Assembly (NCBI GenBank): GCA_963793425.1
Contig: CAWCAG010000007.1
Coordinates: 160,001-224,000, forward strand
DNA length: 64,000 nucleotides
Reading direction: 5' to 3'
Origin: an uncultured cyanobacterium
GTDB lineage: Bacteria > Cyanobacteriota > Cyanobacteriia > Cyanobacteriales > CAWCAG01
Position numbers and translations under genes: made by a program
Notes under the pieces: generated by a model
Databases searched by the model: none
What the model was told of the DNA's origin: nothing
Seen by the model: the letters and a program-made list of their open reading frames with translations, nothing else
Shown: in pieces, positions 41,246-51,131 of the stretch
How positions within the stretch are numbered: the stretch's first letter is position 1
How the letters are laid out: each line of letters opens with the position of its first letter

Positions 41246-41274
41246 GTGTAGGCAAAGCCAGCCGTAGGAATAGC
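41246..41274 (+). repeat. SDR5-like 21-nt insertion in a degenerate HIP1 site
   Basis: GTG[TAGGCAAAGCCAGCCGTAGGA]ATAGC. Confidence 0.5.
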
Positions 41275-41380
41275 TAATTAATTCCATCTAGAAATTGGTG
41301 TGATCGCGCTTTTGCTAGTTAGTCCCATAATGTATAAATCATGTCAATGATTCATAATTATCAGCTATAGTTAAAACATA

Positions 41381-41518
41381 GGATGCAGCAGACACACTCT
41401 TCGCAAAAGCGAGTGTGACATCCCGTTACCTTCATCGGTCGAGGAAAATCCGGTAAAGACGTTCTGAATACCAAAATGCGAATTTTGGCGAAGGCTCCTT
41501 AAGGAGTCTTTGTTATTT
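41381..41518 (+). ncRNA. Candidate structured non-coding RNA (family not recognised)
   Basis: TATAGT -10-like box at 41366; three stems including CCAAAAT-GCGA-ATTTTGG; terminator at the 3' end; GC-rich island within AT-rich DNA. Confidence 0.55.
41491..41518 (+). terminator. Intrinsic terminator
   Basis: AAGGCTCC-ttaa-GGAGTCTT followed by TGTTATTT. Confidence 0.65.
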
Positions 41519-41772
41519 ATGGGAAAGACTGGATAATATGTGAAAGTTTCTCCAGCTTTTCACCTCCTTTACAGTATTAAATTTCATATCTTGAAGAGAG
41601 CTAAAAATTAAGTAAAATTTCTACATCAAGGAATCATACTATAAATAACTTTGTAGTTATCTGGTTTGTTTCGACACAATTAATTGCTATTGACTATTAA
41701 AAAAACAGCAACTCTTTTAACCATGAGTTATCGTAGTAAGCATAACTGGCGCTTTCCGTGGGAAAAGTTGTG

Positions 41773-43545
41773 ATGAGAAAGCTTTTATTAATTAGTCTAT
41801 TTGTTATAGGGCTAGGTTTTGCTCTATTTAACTTTAAAGGTTTAGCCGCTAAAGGGAACTATGATTCCATTGTTCTAGATTTCCGTGAGGATATTTCTCA
41901 AACGGAAATTGAAGGGGAATTAAACAAAATCTCTCAACAATATCAAGTTGCCCCCAGGCTTAATAGTGAATTTTCGCTTCAAGACAACCTTTATATTATC
42001 AACGGTGATAAAAAGGTTCTTAATGCTCTCAGAAAATCTGACTTGAGTAAAGATACAGAATATATTGAACCTAACTATATTTATGGCATCAACGCCCTCG
42101 CTGCCCCCAATGACCCGAAATATGGGGAACAGTGGAATATGCGTAGCATTAATGTAGAACAAGCTTGGGAAGAAACGAAAGGGGCAGGAATTACTGTCGC
42201 GGTTATTGATACAGGAGTAAGTCAGATTCAGGATTTAGAACAAACTAAATTTGTTCCTGGCTACGATTTTGTCAACGATAAGGTAGAAGCCGGGGATGAT
42301 AACGGCCATGGAACCCATGTAGCCGGAACTATTGCCCAATCTACTAATAATAATTATGGTGTCGTGGGTATTGCCCATGAAGCTAACATTATGCCCTTAA
42401 AAGTGCTAGCAGCACAGGGGGGCGGAACCATCGCTGATATTGCTGAAGCCATTCGTTTCGCTGCTGACAATGATGCAGATGTGATTAACATGAGTTTGGG
42501 TGGCGGCGGCGCAAGTCATGTTTTGGAAGAAGCCATTGATTATGCTTATAGCAAAGATGTGGTCATTATCGCTGCGGCGGGTAATGCTGGTCAAAATTCT
42601 TCCTCTTATCCCGCCCGCTATCCCAAAGTAATTAGCGTCTCTGCTGTTGATGCTGTAGGAGAGAAAGCCCCCTATTCTAATTACGGTGCAGGGGTTGATA
42701 TTTCTGCTCCTGGGGGCAGTGAGAAAGGTAAAATTGTTCAAGAAACAGTTAACCCTAGTGATGGACAAGCTGTATTTGTCGGCTTCCAGGGTACAAGCAT
42801 GGCTGCACCCCATGTTGCAGGAGTTGCAGCTTTAGTTAAAGCTTCTGGTATTGAAAAACCGGAAGAAGTACGGGAAGTCTTGTTAGAATCAGTCAGGAAA
42901 GTAGAAGAAGATCCTTTAAACCACTTTGGGGCAGGACAATTAGATGCCGCAGAAGCGGTAAAACTAGCTTTGAAGGGGCAAGTTACTTTTAAAGATTTCT
43001 TCCGTTGGTTAAACAAAAATGGTTATCTTAACCTCCGCTTCTGGTTTGATGGCGGTGTTGTCGCCCTGCCACCGAAATTAATTATGGTTTTAGGTTCCTA
43101 TCTTTTAGCCTTCTTACTACGTAATTATTTACCTTTCGGCAATCTCTTCTTCACTGGAGGAATGATTTTTGGGAGTTCCGGGCTATTTTTCCTACGGGGT
43201 TTATATATTTACGATTTACCCCAATGGCCTTTAAGAGTAGCAGGTAGTTCCCTCCCGGAAATAGGTAACGCGATTACCGGAAGTACCAGTTTGAATCCTC
43301 TTTTTGCTAGTGTGTTGATTCCTTTCCTTTTAGTTGCCTTATTATTAAGTACTTCTAACTGGAAATGGTTTGCCGTTGGTTCTACTATTGGTGTAGCTTC
43401 TTGCTTACTGGTTAATGCGGTTATAGACCCTGCTGTGTGGGGTTTAGGTACAGGATTAATGGCTAGTGGTTTCTTGGGTATTAACGCTTTGTTATGTTTG
43501 GTGTTAGCTTATTTTGCCACAAAAGGAGAAAAGCAAGTTGCTTGA
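41773..43545 (+). CDS. Subtilisin-like S8 serine peptidase with C-terminal membrane domain
   Basis: Catalytic triad VIDTG, HGTHVAG, GTSMAAPHVAG; N-terminal signal anchor; hydrophobic C-terminus. Confidence 0.93.
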   Translation: MRKLLLISLFVIGLGFALFNFKGLAAKGNYDSIVLDFREDISQTEIEGELNKISQQYQVAPRLNSEFSLQDNLYIINGDKKVLNALRKSDLSKDTEYIEPNYIYGINALAAPNDPKYGEQWNMRSINVEQAWEETKGAGITVAVIDTGVSQIQDLEQTKFVPGYDFVNDKVEAGDDNGHGTHVAGTIAQSTNNNYGVVGIAHEANIMPLKVLAAQGGGTIADIAEAIRFAADNDADVINMSLGGGGASHVLEEAIDYAYSKDVVIIAAAGNAGQNSSSYPARYPKVISVSAVDAVGEKAPYSNYGAGVDISAPGGSEKGKIVQETVNPSDGQAVFVGFQGTSMAAPHVAGVAALVKASGIEKPEEVREVLLESVRKVEEDPLNHFGAGQLDAAEAVKLALKGQVTFKDFFRWLNKNGYLNLRFWFDGGVVALPPKLIMVLGSYLLAFLLRNYLPFGNLFFTGGMIFGSSGLFFLRGLYIYDLPQWPLRVAGSSLPEIGNAITGSTSLNPLFASVLIPFLLVALLLSTSNWKWFAVGSTIGVASCLLVNAVIDPAVWGLGTGLMASGFLGINALLCLVLAYFATKGEKQVA

Positions 43546-43573
43546 TGGGTAATGGGTAATGGGTAATGGGTAA
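43546..43573. repeat. Heptamer tandem repeat (TGGGTAA)x4
   Basis: Read directly, immediately after the S8 gene stop. Confidence 0.85.
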
Positions 43574-43685
43574 TAGTATTACTTATTACTTTTTCCCTAA
43601 ATCCCTAGCCCAAAAAACGCTCTATGCAACCAAACTCTGATTTAGTATTGATGCTCAATGTTTAATGGTAAATGGTAAATGGTAA

Positions 43686-43910
43686 ATGATTAATGTTGTT
43701 GGTAAAATTGAACAAAAAGGCTTTGGCTTCGGTACTTGGGCTTTAGTTACAGAAGATGGTCAAACCTATGAACTCAAAGATGCCCCGGATGAGTTACGTA
43801 AACCCGAAATTAAAGTTAAGGTGAAAGGTACAGTACGCGAAGATGTGATGAGTACAGCAATGATCGGGCCAATCTTAGAAGTTGAATCTTTCGAGATAAC
43901 TGATCAATGA
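43686..43910 (+). CDS. Small conserved hypothetical protein (possibly OB-fold-like)
   Basis: G.GTWALV...G.TYEL, V.V.G..R.DVM..AMIGP.LEV; start and stop lie within heptamer repeats. Confidence 0.7.
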   Translation: MINVVGKIEQKGFGFGTWALVTEDGQTYELKDAPDELRKPEIKVKVKGTVREDVMSTAMIGPILEVESFEITDQ

Positions 43911-44005
43911 TCAATGATCACATGGATAGTTGAAAAGAAACTTTTAAACTAAGAAGTTAATCTTTAGTAGTTAGTGTCGGTTACATTCAAGCAAGATTGA
44001 CCTTA

Positions 44006-46420
44006 ATGTGCCAGGAATTTGTTATCTCTGTAACTCCTTTGGGAGAAGATGAATATTTAGTGCGAACGGAGAAAGTTGCGCCCGGAGTTCCCCCTGCGGA
44101 AGAAAAAGTTCACTGGTTGGTGAATAATTGGTTAGAGCAAGGGCAGGAATTGATGGATGATCCGATCTTGCGTTTGCTTCAAGGGCAAAATCTTTTGGGA
44201 GACAAATTTGCTGAAGAACTTTTTTCTACCTCAGAAGATAATAAACTAGAAAAAGATCAAGCTCAACAATCTCGTCGTAATTTAGTTTCTTTGGGACAAC
44301 AACTTTACGAGGCTTTGTTCCAAGGTAGCTTGCTTAATAGTTGGATGATTGCCCAAGGAATTGCAGATAACCATCGTGCTTGCTTGCGCCTCCGCTTAGG
44401 TTTAAAAGACGCTAAAACTCGCAGCTTGCCTTGGGAAGTACTCCACGCTGAAGATCGCCCCCTGGCTACTGGGGTGGATATTGCTTTTTCTCGCTATCAA
44501 CCTAATACTTTGGCCAAAAATCTTAACGACTTATCTCCTTTGGCAAAAAACCAATCCCTGAAAATTTTAATGGCGATCGCAGGGCCAAATGACCAAGAGA
44601 GTCTAGAGTTAAAAGAAGAAGCTATTCAACTAACCGAAGAACTTCAGCGCCATGGTTCCCAAAATTCCCACAACTTACCGCCTGTGGAAGTAACCTTACT
44701 CGAACAGCCAGGAAGAGAGGAATTAACCCAAGCTTTGGAACAAGGAAAATACCAAATTTTCCACTACGCTGGTCATAGTGGTTTAGGAGACTCCGGTGGC
44801 GGGCTTTATTTGGTTAGTCGGAAAACTGGCTTAACAGAAGTATTTTCTGGGGAAGACTTAGCCGGATTACTGGTTAACAACAAAGTGCAGTTGGCTGTCT
44901 TCAATTCCTGTCGTGGGGCAAAAACTGAATGGGAAAGCATTGGGGATCAAAGCCCAAGAAGCAACCTTGCTGATGCAGCTATTAAGCGCGGTGTACCCGC
45001 TGTTTTAGCCATGGCAGAAAGGATTCCCGATGCAGTAGCCCTCAATTTAACCAGACTCCTTTATCGCAACATTAGCCAAGGACATCCCATTGATTTAAGC
45101 CTTAGTCGCGCTAGACAGGGCTTAATTGCAACTTATGGTTCTAATCAACTCTATTGGGCTTTACCCATACTCTACCTCGCTCCTGAGTTTCCCGGCATTA
45201 TTGCCCAAGCAGAAGCAACTGAGGGATATTCTTCTAAGTTAGTGAATTTAACTCAAGGAAGGGATAGTGGTTTAACAGAAGAAGAAGAAAAAGCACTGCT
45301 TTTTTCCCCCCAAACCCTTGATTTTATTCAAGAAGAACAATTAGATAGCTATCCCCACAATCAGCTAAACGATGATGGAGAATTAACTAAAGCAGATTGG
45401 TTAGAAGAAGAAGAAGAAGAAAAAGATAATCTTGACGAAGATCGGGCTTTGATTGAAGATATGTTCAATCAGCTAACTCCTAATCGAAGTGCTAAAGAAG
45501 AAGGCAAACCTGTATCGGAAACATCTTTGGATGATTCTCCATCTGTTAGTGAACAAGAATTAAAACCACCTCATCAAAGAAGAGAACATTGGATTCAAGG
45601 ACTATCTCCTTTGCTTTTAGGGGCAGTTAGTGCCATTGCGATCGCCGCTTTAGGTTTTTGGCTATTTTCTGAACGTCTGCCTTTCCTTAAATCTTCTCCT
45701 CTGCCTGGTGATGAGGTAGTAACTAGCTTAGATAAGCCGGGTGATCTTGCTAAAGCAGATAATGATGTCTTAACGGGTTTGGCGATTGAAGAATTTAGTC
45801 AAAAGGATCTGCAAAAAGGCATCCCCGCCGTAGCAGCATTACTTGACCGAGGGGCTTTAGAATATGCAAAATCAGCCCTAGAAGCCGTTCCTACTGAGCA
45901 AATCAACGAACCTGATATTCTTTTCCTTAAAGGCAGACTAGCTTGGCAAGCAGCCCAATCAGGAGACGAGAAATTCTCTGTTGACGATGCCAGAAGGTTT
46001 TGGGAGTCAGCAATCAAAGAACAGGAAAACTCCCCAGTAACAGAAAAACTAACAGAGGCTATCCCCTATCACAATGCTTTAGGTTTTGCTTACTACGCAG
46101 AAGGTAAATACAACGAGGCTAATCAAGCTTGGTATGATGCTTTAGAATTAGCTGAACAAACAGAAACCCTTGATAGCGACTCAGAGGAGTTACTTGATGC
46201 TTACGCTGGTTTAGCATTGGGGTTAAACAAACTGGCTGAAGCAAAATCACCGGAGGATTCCCCAGAATTTCTTGCTGATAAAGCAATTAAACTCAGGAAA
46301 ATGGTTATTACCAAAAAACCCAAAAGTTTCACCCCTGAAGCCCTAAGTCAAAACTGGCTTTGGCCCCCTGAAGCAATTGAAGATTGGCAAGAATTGTTGT
46401 CAATGAACAATGAACAATAA
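44006..46420 (+). CDS. hetF: CHAT (caspase-like) domain protease, HetF homologue, with TM helix and TPR-like C-terminus
   Basis: QEF.ISVTP.G.DEYLVRTE.VAPGVP, LPWE, FHYAGH (His), FNSC (Cys), YWALP; ends NWLW....I.DW. Confidence 0.85.
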   Translation: MCQEFVISVTPLGEDEYLVRTEKVAPGVPPAEEKVHWLVNNWLEQGQELMDDPILRLLQGQNLLGDKFAEELFSTSEDNKLEKDQAQQSRRNLVSLGQQLYEALFQGSLLNSWMIAQGIADNHRACLRLRLGLKDAKTRSLPWEVLHAEDRPLATGVDIAFSRYQPNTLAKNLNDLSPLAKNQSLKILMAIAGPNDQESLELKEEAIQLTEELQRHGSQNSHNLPPVEVTLLEQPGREELTQALEQGKYQIFHYAGHSGLGDSGGGLYLVSRKTGLTEVFSGEDLAGLLVNNKVQLAVFNSCRGAKTEWESIGDQSPRSNLADAAIKRGVPAVLAMAERIPDAVALNLTRLLYRNISQGHPIDLSLSRARQGLIATYGSNQLYWALPILYLAPEFPGIIAQAEATEGYSSKLVNLTQGRDSGLTEEEEKALLFSPQTLDFIQEEQLDSYPHNQLNDDGELTKADWLEEEEEEKDNLDEDRALIEDMFNQLTPNRSAKEEGKPVSETSLDDSPSVSEQELKPPHQRREHWIQGLSPLLLGAVSAIAIAALGFWLFSERLPFLKSSPLPGDEVVTSLDKPGDLAKADNDVLTGLAIEEFSQKDLQKGIPAVAALLDRGALEYAKSALEAVPTEQINEPDILFLKGRLAWQAAQSGDEKFSVDDARRFWESAIKEQENSPVTEKLTEAIPYHNALGFAYYAEGKYNEANQAWYDALELAEQTETLDSDSEELLDAYAGLALGLNKLAEAKSPEDSPEFLADKAIKLRKMVITKKPKSFTPEALSQNWLWPPEAIEDWQELLSMNNEQ

Positions 46421-46421
46421 T

Positions 46422-47294
46422 TCAGGTTATCAAGTTATTATTGTTGGGCATTAATTCTCTAAAAGTACCCGGGCCGATGACACCATCTATAACTAAGCCT
46501 TTACTCTTTTGGAACTCTTTTACTGCCTTTTCTGTTAACGGCCCAAAAAAGCCATCAATTTCCAGAGTAATACCTGCCTTGCTTAAAGCTTCTTGCAACG
46601 CTTGAACATCTTTTCCTTCTTGTGTAGGTTGAGTTAGAAATAAAATTCTCGGTGGTGGTGGATCTCCCATCTCTGGTACAACATCTTCTACTTTTTCCCC
46701 AGTTGCAAAACCCATAATCGGTGCTTGACTTAGGCTTAAAGCAGTTTGTTCACCATAAATACCATCTTCATCAAGTTTAGAACTATTGTTTTCGTTCCAA
46801 AGCTTTTGAAAAGCGAGGACAGCCGTATTCCGAATATCTTTTGTACCGCTTCCTCGGTAATCAAAGTGTACAGGATCTCTCGAACCTAACCATTGCCAAC
46901 CATATTTTTCCAAATAAGACCGCCAACTGTAGGCGTCCTCAATATCAATAGCTAAACCGCTTTGGTGGTTACTGCGCCCTGGGGTAGCTGCTAAGCGAAT
47001 ACCACAACGGGCCCCAGAACGATAATGTTGGTAAAGAATAAGTTGCTGAGCGATAGTACGATAGGCAGAGTTAATAAACATCTTCGTACCTCTTGCCTGG
47101 ATAGCTTTTTCTAATGCTTGCAAACCCGGCGGTTGTACATAAGGCCAAACCGCCGCCCCTAAAGAAACATCAAGATGAGCAAAGCTAACCAAAGCATCTT
47201 TACTAACACTATTAATTTTGGCAATAATTTGCTGGTCTAATTGGCGTACTCTAGAAGTAGAGCAAGTAGTTACATCCCTGACTAAAATCACCAT
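46422..47294 (-). CDS. M15/VanY-like peptidoglycan peptidase with peptidoglycan-binding domains
   Basis: NSAYRT..QQ, SNHQSGLAID, DPVH zinc motifs; DG..G..T..AV..FQ...GL..DG..GP. Confidence 0.85.
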   Translation of the reverse strand: MVILVRDVTTCSTSRVRQLDQQIIAKINSVSKDALVSFAHLDVSLGAAVWPYVQPPGLQALEKAIQARGTKMFINSAYRTIAQQLILYQHYRSGARCGIRLAATPGRSNHQSGLAIDIEDAYSWRSYLEKYGWQWLGSRDPVHFDYRGSGTKDIRNTAVLAFQKLWNENNSSKLDEDGIYGEQTALSLSQAPIMGFATGEKVEDVVPEMGDPPPPRILFLTQPTQEGKDVQALQEALSKAGITLEIDGFFGPLTEKAVKEFQKSKGLVIDGVIGPGTFRELMPNNNNLIT

Positions 47295-47360
47295 AAAAAT
47301 ATTGATTTGTAAGTGATTAATTATAGAATTTTATAATAAATGTTTGATGGTAAATGATAA

Positions 47361-47720
47361 ATGATGTTACCTCCTTTAAACGAAGAAACTATTTGGGCAA
47401 TTCTCAATGAAGAGATTTCTGATGATACAGCTAATGCTTTAGTTTGGCATTATTTAGGCTATCGTTATGATGAAGCGAAGGAAGAATGGGATCTTGAGGG
47501 AGTAGCCACAGAATGGGGACAAAAGTATCCTGAACCACCAGATTTCATAGCCAATCGCCCTCCTACAGTTCAGCTTACCCGTTCTATACCCAAAGAAAAC
47601 AAACAATTACTGAAAGAAAAGTTGGGTTTTAAAGGTTACAAGTTAGGAGAATTTGGGCCAAGACAAACTCGTCGGGCAACTATGGCTAATTGGTTATTAA
47701 GTTATTTTGTTAGTTGCTAA
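47361..47720 (+). CDS. DUF1823 family protein
   Basis: LVW..LGY, YP.PPDFI..RP...LTRSI..ENKQLLK..LGF.GYK...P..TRRA. Confidence 0.85.
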   Translation: MMLPPLNEETIWAILNEEISDDTANALVWHYLGYRYDEAKEEWDLEGVATEWGQKYPEPPDFIANRPPTVQLTRSIPKENKQLLKEKLGFKGYKLGEFGPRQTRRATMANWLLSYFVSC

Positions 47721-47809
47721 TGGCTAGTTGCTAGTTGCTAGTTGCTCAGAGGTAATACGTTTTCTCCCTAGCTCCCCAATTCCCTAGCTCCCCATTTCCC
47801 TATTATTCA

Positions 47810-48583
47810 TCAATAAGCATAGGGATCTTTCGGAGTGGAAACTTTGGTTAAAGAACTAGGTTCAACAATTATCTGGCGCTTTCCTCCTACTTCTCCAGCA
47901 ACTATTTTTCCTTTGACTCTTAACCAAGTGTCCGCAGGATATTTGTTATTTGAAGCTGTTAAATTTACTGTTAAGCTAACAGGATAAGCATCAACGGCAC
48001 AGCAAGTCAGTACGAAACGGGAAATTAATAAATAATCATCTCCAAGTTGACTGTCACGCACGACAAATCCGACGACATCAACTTTTTGATCTACATAATA
48101 ATCTGGCTCAGGATAAGCATTAATAGTTCTTACCCAATCTATAATAGTTCGCTCTTCTGGTTTAACTGTAGCCCGAAAAGATTGAGCTTCAACTTTAGTA
48201 GCCGGTAAAGAGTCTGTCACCCCTCTACGCAAAGCAGTTTGGCTACCCAATATTCCAGGGGGAATTATCAAAGCAACTATGGCTACGACTAATAATAATC
48301 CTGTACTCCAACCAGGAGGAAATAAGGTGATATGTTGAAGATTATCTCCTGGTTTCCTGGCTAATTTACGACTGGTTATTAACTGTTTGGCTTTAAATCC
48401 TCCTATGGCGAAAAGAATTAAACCAGAACATAAGACTAAAATAAAATAGTTGGGGTGAATTAATAATTTGAGTTGGCCGGTAAACCAATATTTAAGTAAT
48501 AAAATTCCCCAGGTTATAAAAACAATTACATCTAACCAAGGAAGTTTAGCTTGAAGAAAATTAGTTTGTGAATTTTGTTTCAT
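47810..48583 (-). CDS. TIGR03943/DUF1980 family putative permease subunit
   Basis: L.LLIHP.Y, RFVLTCCAVDA, W..V.G, DPY.Y. Confidence 0.88.
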   Translation of the reverse strand: MKQNSQTNFLQAKLPWLDVIVFITWGILLLKYWFTGQLKLLIHPNYFILVLCSGLILFAIGGFKAKQLITSRKLARKPGDNLQHITLFPPGWSTGLLLVVAIVALIIPPGILGSQTALRRGVTDSLPATKVEAQSFRATVKPEERTIIDWVRTINAYPEPDYYVDQKVDVVGFVVRDSQLGDDYLLISRFVLTCCAVDAYPVSLTVNLTASNNKYPADTWLRVKGKIVAGEVGGKRQIIVEPSSLTKVSTPKDPYAY

Positions 48584-48604
48584 TGCTGATTATTTGCTGT
48601 CTTG

Positions 48605-49624
48605 TCAAAAAAAGTAAGCATATCCTAAACAGAGAATGAAAGTTAGCTGGGCAGCCAAAATAAATAAATAGGTAACTATTTTCGGTTTAAAAACCGATAG
48701 CAGTAAGCCTACAGATTTAAGGTCAATCATCGGACCAAAAACCAGAAAAGCTAATAGAGAAGCACTAGTAAAAGTTGTTGCAAAAGAAAGGGCAAAAAAA
48801 GCATCTACGGTAGAACAAATAGAAACTAATGCAGCTAATAGCATCATAGCCAGAATCGAGCTAATGGAACCTTGCCCCAAATTTAAAATAATTTCGCGAG
48901 GGACAAATACTTGAATACAAGCAGCGATCGCACTACCAACGATTAACATTCCTCCTAATTCTCGCAATTCCTGAATAGTATTATTAAGGAATAAGTCTAA
49001 CTTCTTAGGGGAGGTTTTTGCGGAGCGGGGTTTACTTTTTTTAAACTTCCTAAATTGCTGATAAGCTTCTGAGGCTAAAGACTGAGTTTTACCAGAATTT
49101 CCTAGTAAATAAGTCCCTGATTTTAATAGAGAGGGAGTATCAGGAGAAGTTGAGGTATCTATGCTATAGATGCGTCTTGCCAAAGCTGGTTGCAGTAGGG
49201 GCTTCGCATCAGCTTGATAGCCAAAAACACAACCAATAATAGTAGCAATAGTTAAAGAAAATAACACCCTCAACCAGACAAGTTCCGGTTGGTCTTGAAA
49301 AGCAACCCAAGTTGACCAAATCACGATAGGATTGATGGTAGGAGCTGCAAGTAAGAAGCTACAAGCCACAGCAGAAGGGGTTCCTTGTATTAGTAAGCGT
49401 CTAGCTACGGGTACATTACCGCATTCACATACAGGAAAGAGAAAGCCAATTAAGCTGCCAATTAAAGATCCTAAAAAGGGGTTTTTAGGCAATCGAGAAA
49501 CTAACTGTCGCTCATCAATAAACAAAAGTAGTCCGCTAGAAAACAATACCCCTAGCAGTAAGAAAGGCATAGCCTCGACTAACAAACTTAAAAATAAAGT
49601 GAAGGCGCTGTAAAGTTGATACAT
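48605..49624 (-). CDS. Predicted permease (DUF318/ArsP-like)
   Basis: EA.PFLLLG, PVCECG.VP, AAP.INP, SICS..DAF, FGPMIDLK. Confidence 0.9.
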   Translation of the reverse strand: MYQLYSAFTLFLSLLVEAMPFLLLGVLFSSGLLLFIDERQLVSRLPKNPFLGSLIGSLIGFLFPVCECGNVPVARRLLIQGTPSAVACSFLLAAPTINPIVIWSTWVAFQDQPELVWLRVLFSLTIATIIGCVFGYQADAKPLLQPALARRIYSIDTSTSPDTPSLLKSGTYLLGNSGKTQSLASEAYQQFRKFKKSKPRSAKTSPKKLDLFLNNTIQELRELGGMLIVGSAIAACIQVFVPREIILNLGQGSISSILAMMLLAALVSICSTVDAFFALSFATTFTSASLLAFLVFGPMIDLKSVGLLLSVFKPKIVTYLFILAAQLTFILCLGYAYFF

Positions 49625-49654
49625 CTTTGCTGCTTATTCGGAGCGTTTTCTATT

Positions 49655-51127
49655 GTGACAGAAACTGGGAAAGACTGCTTGCAAAAAGACTGGGATCAAG
49701 TTCTGGCAAATTTTCAAAGAATTTGGGGCTACAATGACTTTCGCCCTCCCCAAGGAGAAATTGTTCGTAATATTTTACAAAGTAAGGATGCTTTAATTGT
49801 TTTACCAACAGGTGGGGGGAAATCAGTTTGTTTTCAGCTACCAGCTTTACTACAAAAAGGATTAACCTTAGTTATTTCCCCTTTAGTAGCTTTGATGGAA
49901 AATCAGGTTAAAGAGTTGCGCGATCGCCGCCTGCCCGCTGCCCTTTTACACTCTGGGTTACCCACCTCCCAAAAGCGTAGTGTTTTGCAAGCTTTGGTGA
50001 AACAGCAACTTCGATTACTCTATCTTTCGCCAGAGACACTTTTAAGCAAATCTGTCTGGGAAATCTTGTCTCGCCCTCAGTTGAATATTAATGGTTTAAT
50101 TCTTGATGAAGCACATTGTTTAGTACAGTGGGGAGACACTTTCCGGCCAAGTTATCGCCGTTTGGGGGCTATACGCCCTGCTTTACTAAAAATAAAACCT
50201 CCCGGCAGTAAAATAGCGATCGCAGCTTTTACTGCCACCGCTGATCCTCAAGCCCAACAAATCATTACCAATACTCTACAACTCCAAAACCCTGCCCTGT
50301 TCCTCCATAGCCCCTATCGTTCCAACCTAAATTTGAGGCTAAAAGTAGTTTGGACACCTAAAGGTAGAAAAGCCCAACTCTTAAAGTTTATCCGCACCCA
50401 AGGCAGACAAACGGGGCTAATTTATGTCCGTTCCCGCCGTGAGAGTCAAGAGTTAGCACAGTGGTTAAAATCTTTGGGTTATAAAACAGCAGCTTATCAC
50501 GCTGGTTTAAATGCCCAGCAAAGGAGGCGAATTGAAGGGAGTTGGTTAAGAGGAGAAACTCAATTTGCGGTTTGTACTTCTGCTTTTGGTATGGGAATCA
50601 ATAAACCTAATGTACGTTGGGTGGTTCATTTCCAAGCCCCTCAACTTCTTTCTGAGTATATTCAGGAGGTGGGTAGGGCAGGAAGGGATGGTAAACCTGC
50701 TTTTGCCCTTACTTTAGTCAGCGAACCGACGGGATTGCTTGATCCAAAAGACAAACAACGCAACCGTTTTTTCACAGAAAGCTGGCAAAAAAAGTATCAA
50801 CAAGCTCAAAATTTAGGGAAACAATTACCCTCCCAAGGAGCAATAGAAGCTATCACCAAAGAATTTCCTGACGGGGAAATTGCTTTAGCACTTCTTCACA
50901 GTACAGGAAAATTACAATGGCAAGATCCCTTCCACTATCAATTAGTAGCTAATCAATCCTCTCGTTCTTTTTCCCAACTCCAAGCCACACAAAAAAATCG
51001 CCAAAAACGAATGGTTGAGTACCTGAAGACAAAAACTTGCCGCTGGCACTTTCTTCTTGATGCTTTTGGTTTCCCTCAAACCACAAAAAGTTGGCGGTGC
51101 GGACATTGTGACAACTGCCACACATAA
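49655..51127 (+). CDS. recQ: RecQ family ATP-dependent DNA helicase (short form ending at the Zn domain)
   Basis: LPTGGGKS, DEAH, TATA, FGMGI, QE.GRAGRDG, CR..CGHCDNC; start uncertain (GTG 49655). Confidence 0.9.
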   Translation: MTETGKDCLQKDWDQVLANFQRIWGYNDFRPPQGEIVRNILQSKDALIVLPTGGGKSVCFQLPALLQKGLTLVISPLVALMENQVKELRDRRLPAALLHSGLPTSQKRSVLQALVKQQLRLLYLSPETLLSKSVWEILSRPQLNINGLILDEAHCLVQWGDTFRPSYRRLGAIRPALLKIKPPGSKIAIAAFTATADPQAQQIITNTLQLQNPALFLHSPYRSNLNLRLKVVWTPKGRKAQLLKFIRTQGRQTGLIYVRSRRESQELAQWLKSLGYKTAAYHAGLNAQQRRRIEGSWLRGETQFAVCTSAFGMGINKPNVRWVVHFQAPQLLSEYIQEVGRAGRDGKPAFALTLVSEPTGLLDPKDKQRNRFFTESWQKKYQQAQNLGKQLPSQGAIEAITKEFPDGEIALALLHSTGKLQWQDPFHYQLVANQSSRSFSQLQATQKNRQKRMVEYLKTKTCRWHFLLDAFGFPQTTKSWRCGHCDNCHT

Positions 51128-51131
51128 TAAT

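Noticed and set aside
41134..41330. Possible gene remnant between the GNAT gene and the candidate ncRNA
   Set aside because: The frames I checked close quickly and no recognisable protein could be reconstructed
36136..46017. ORFs 36136..36387, 36146..36376, 37000..37272, 38729..38917, 40357..40593, 40682..40903, 40807..41067, 41920..42162, 42406..42813, 42738..43016, 45799..46017
   Set aside because: They overlap confident CDSs or repeat DNA and have no family signal
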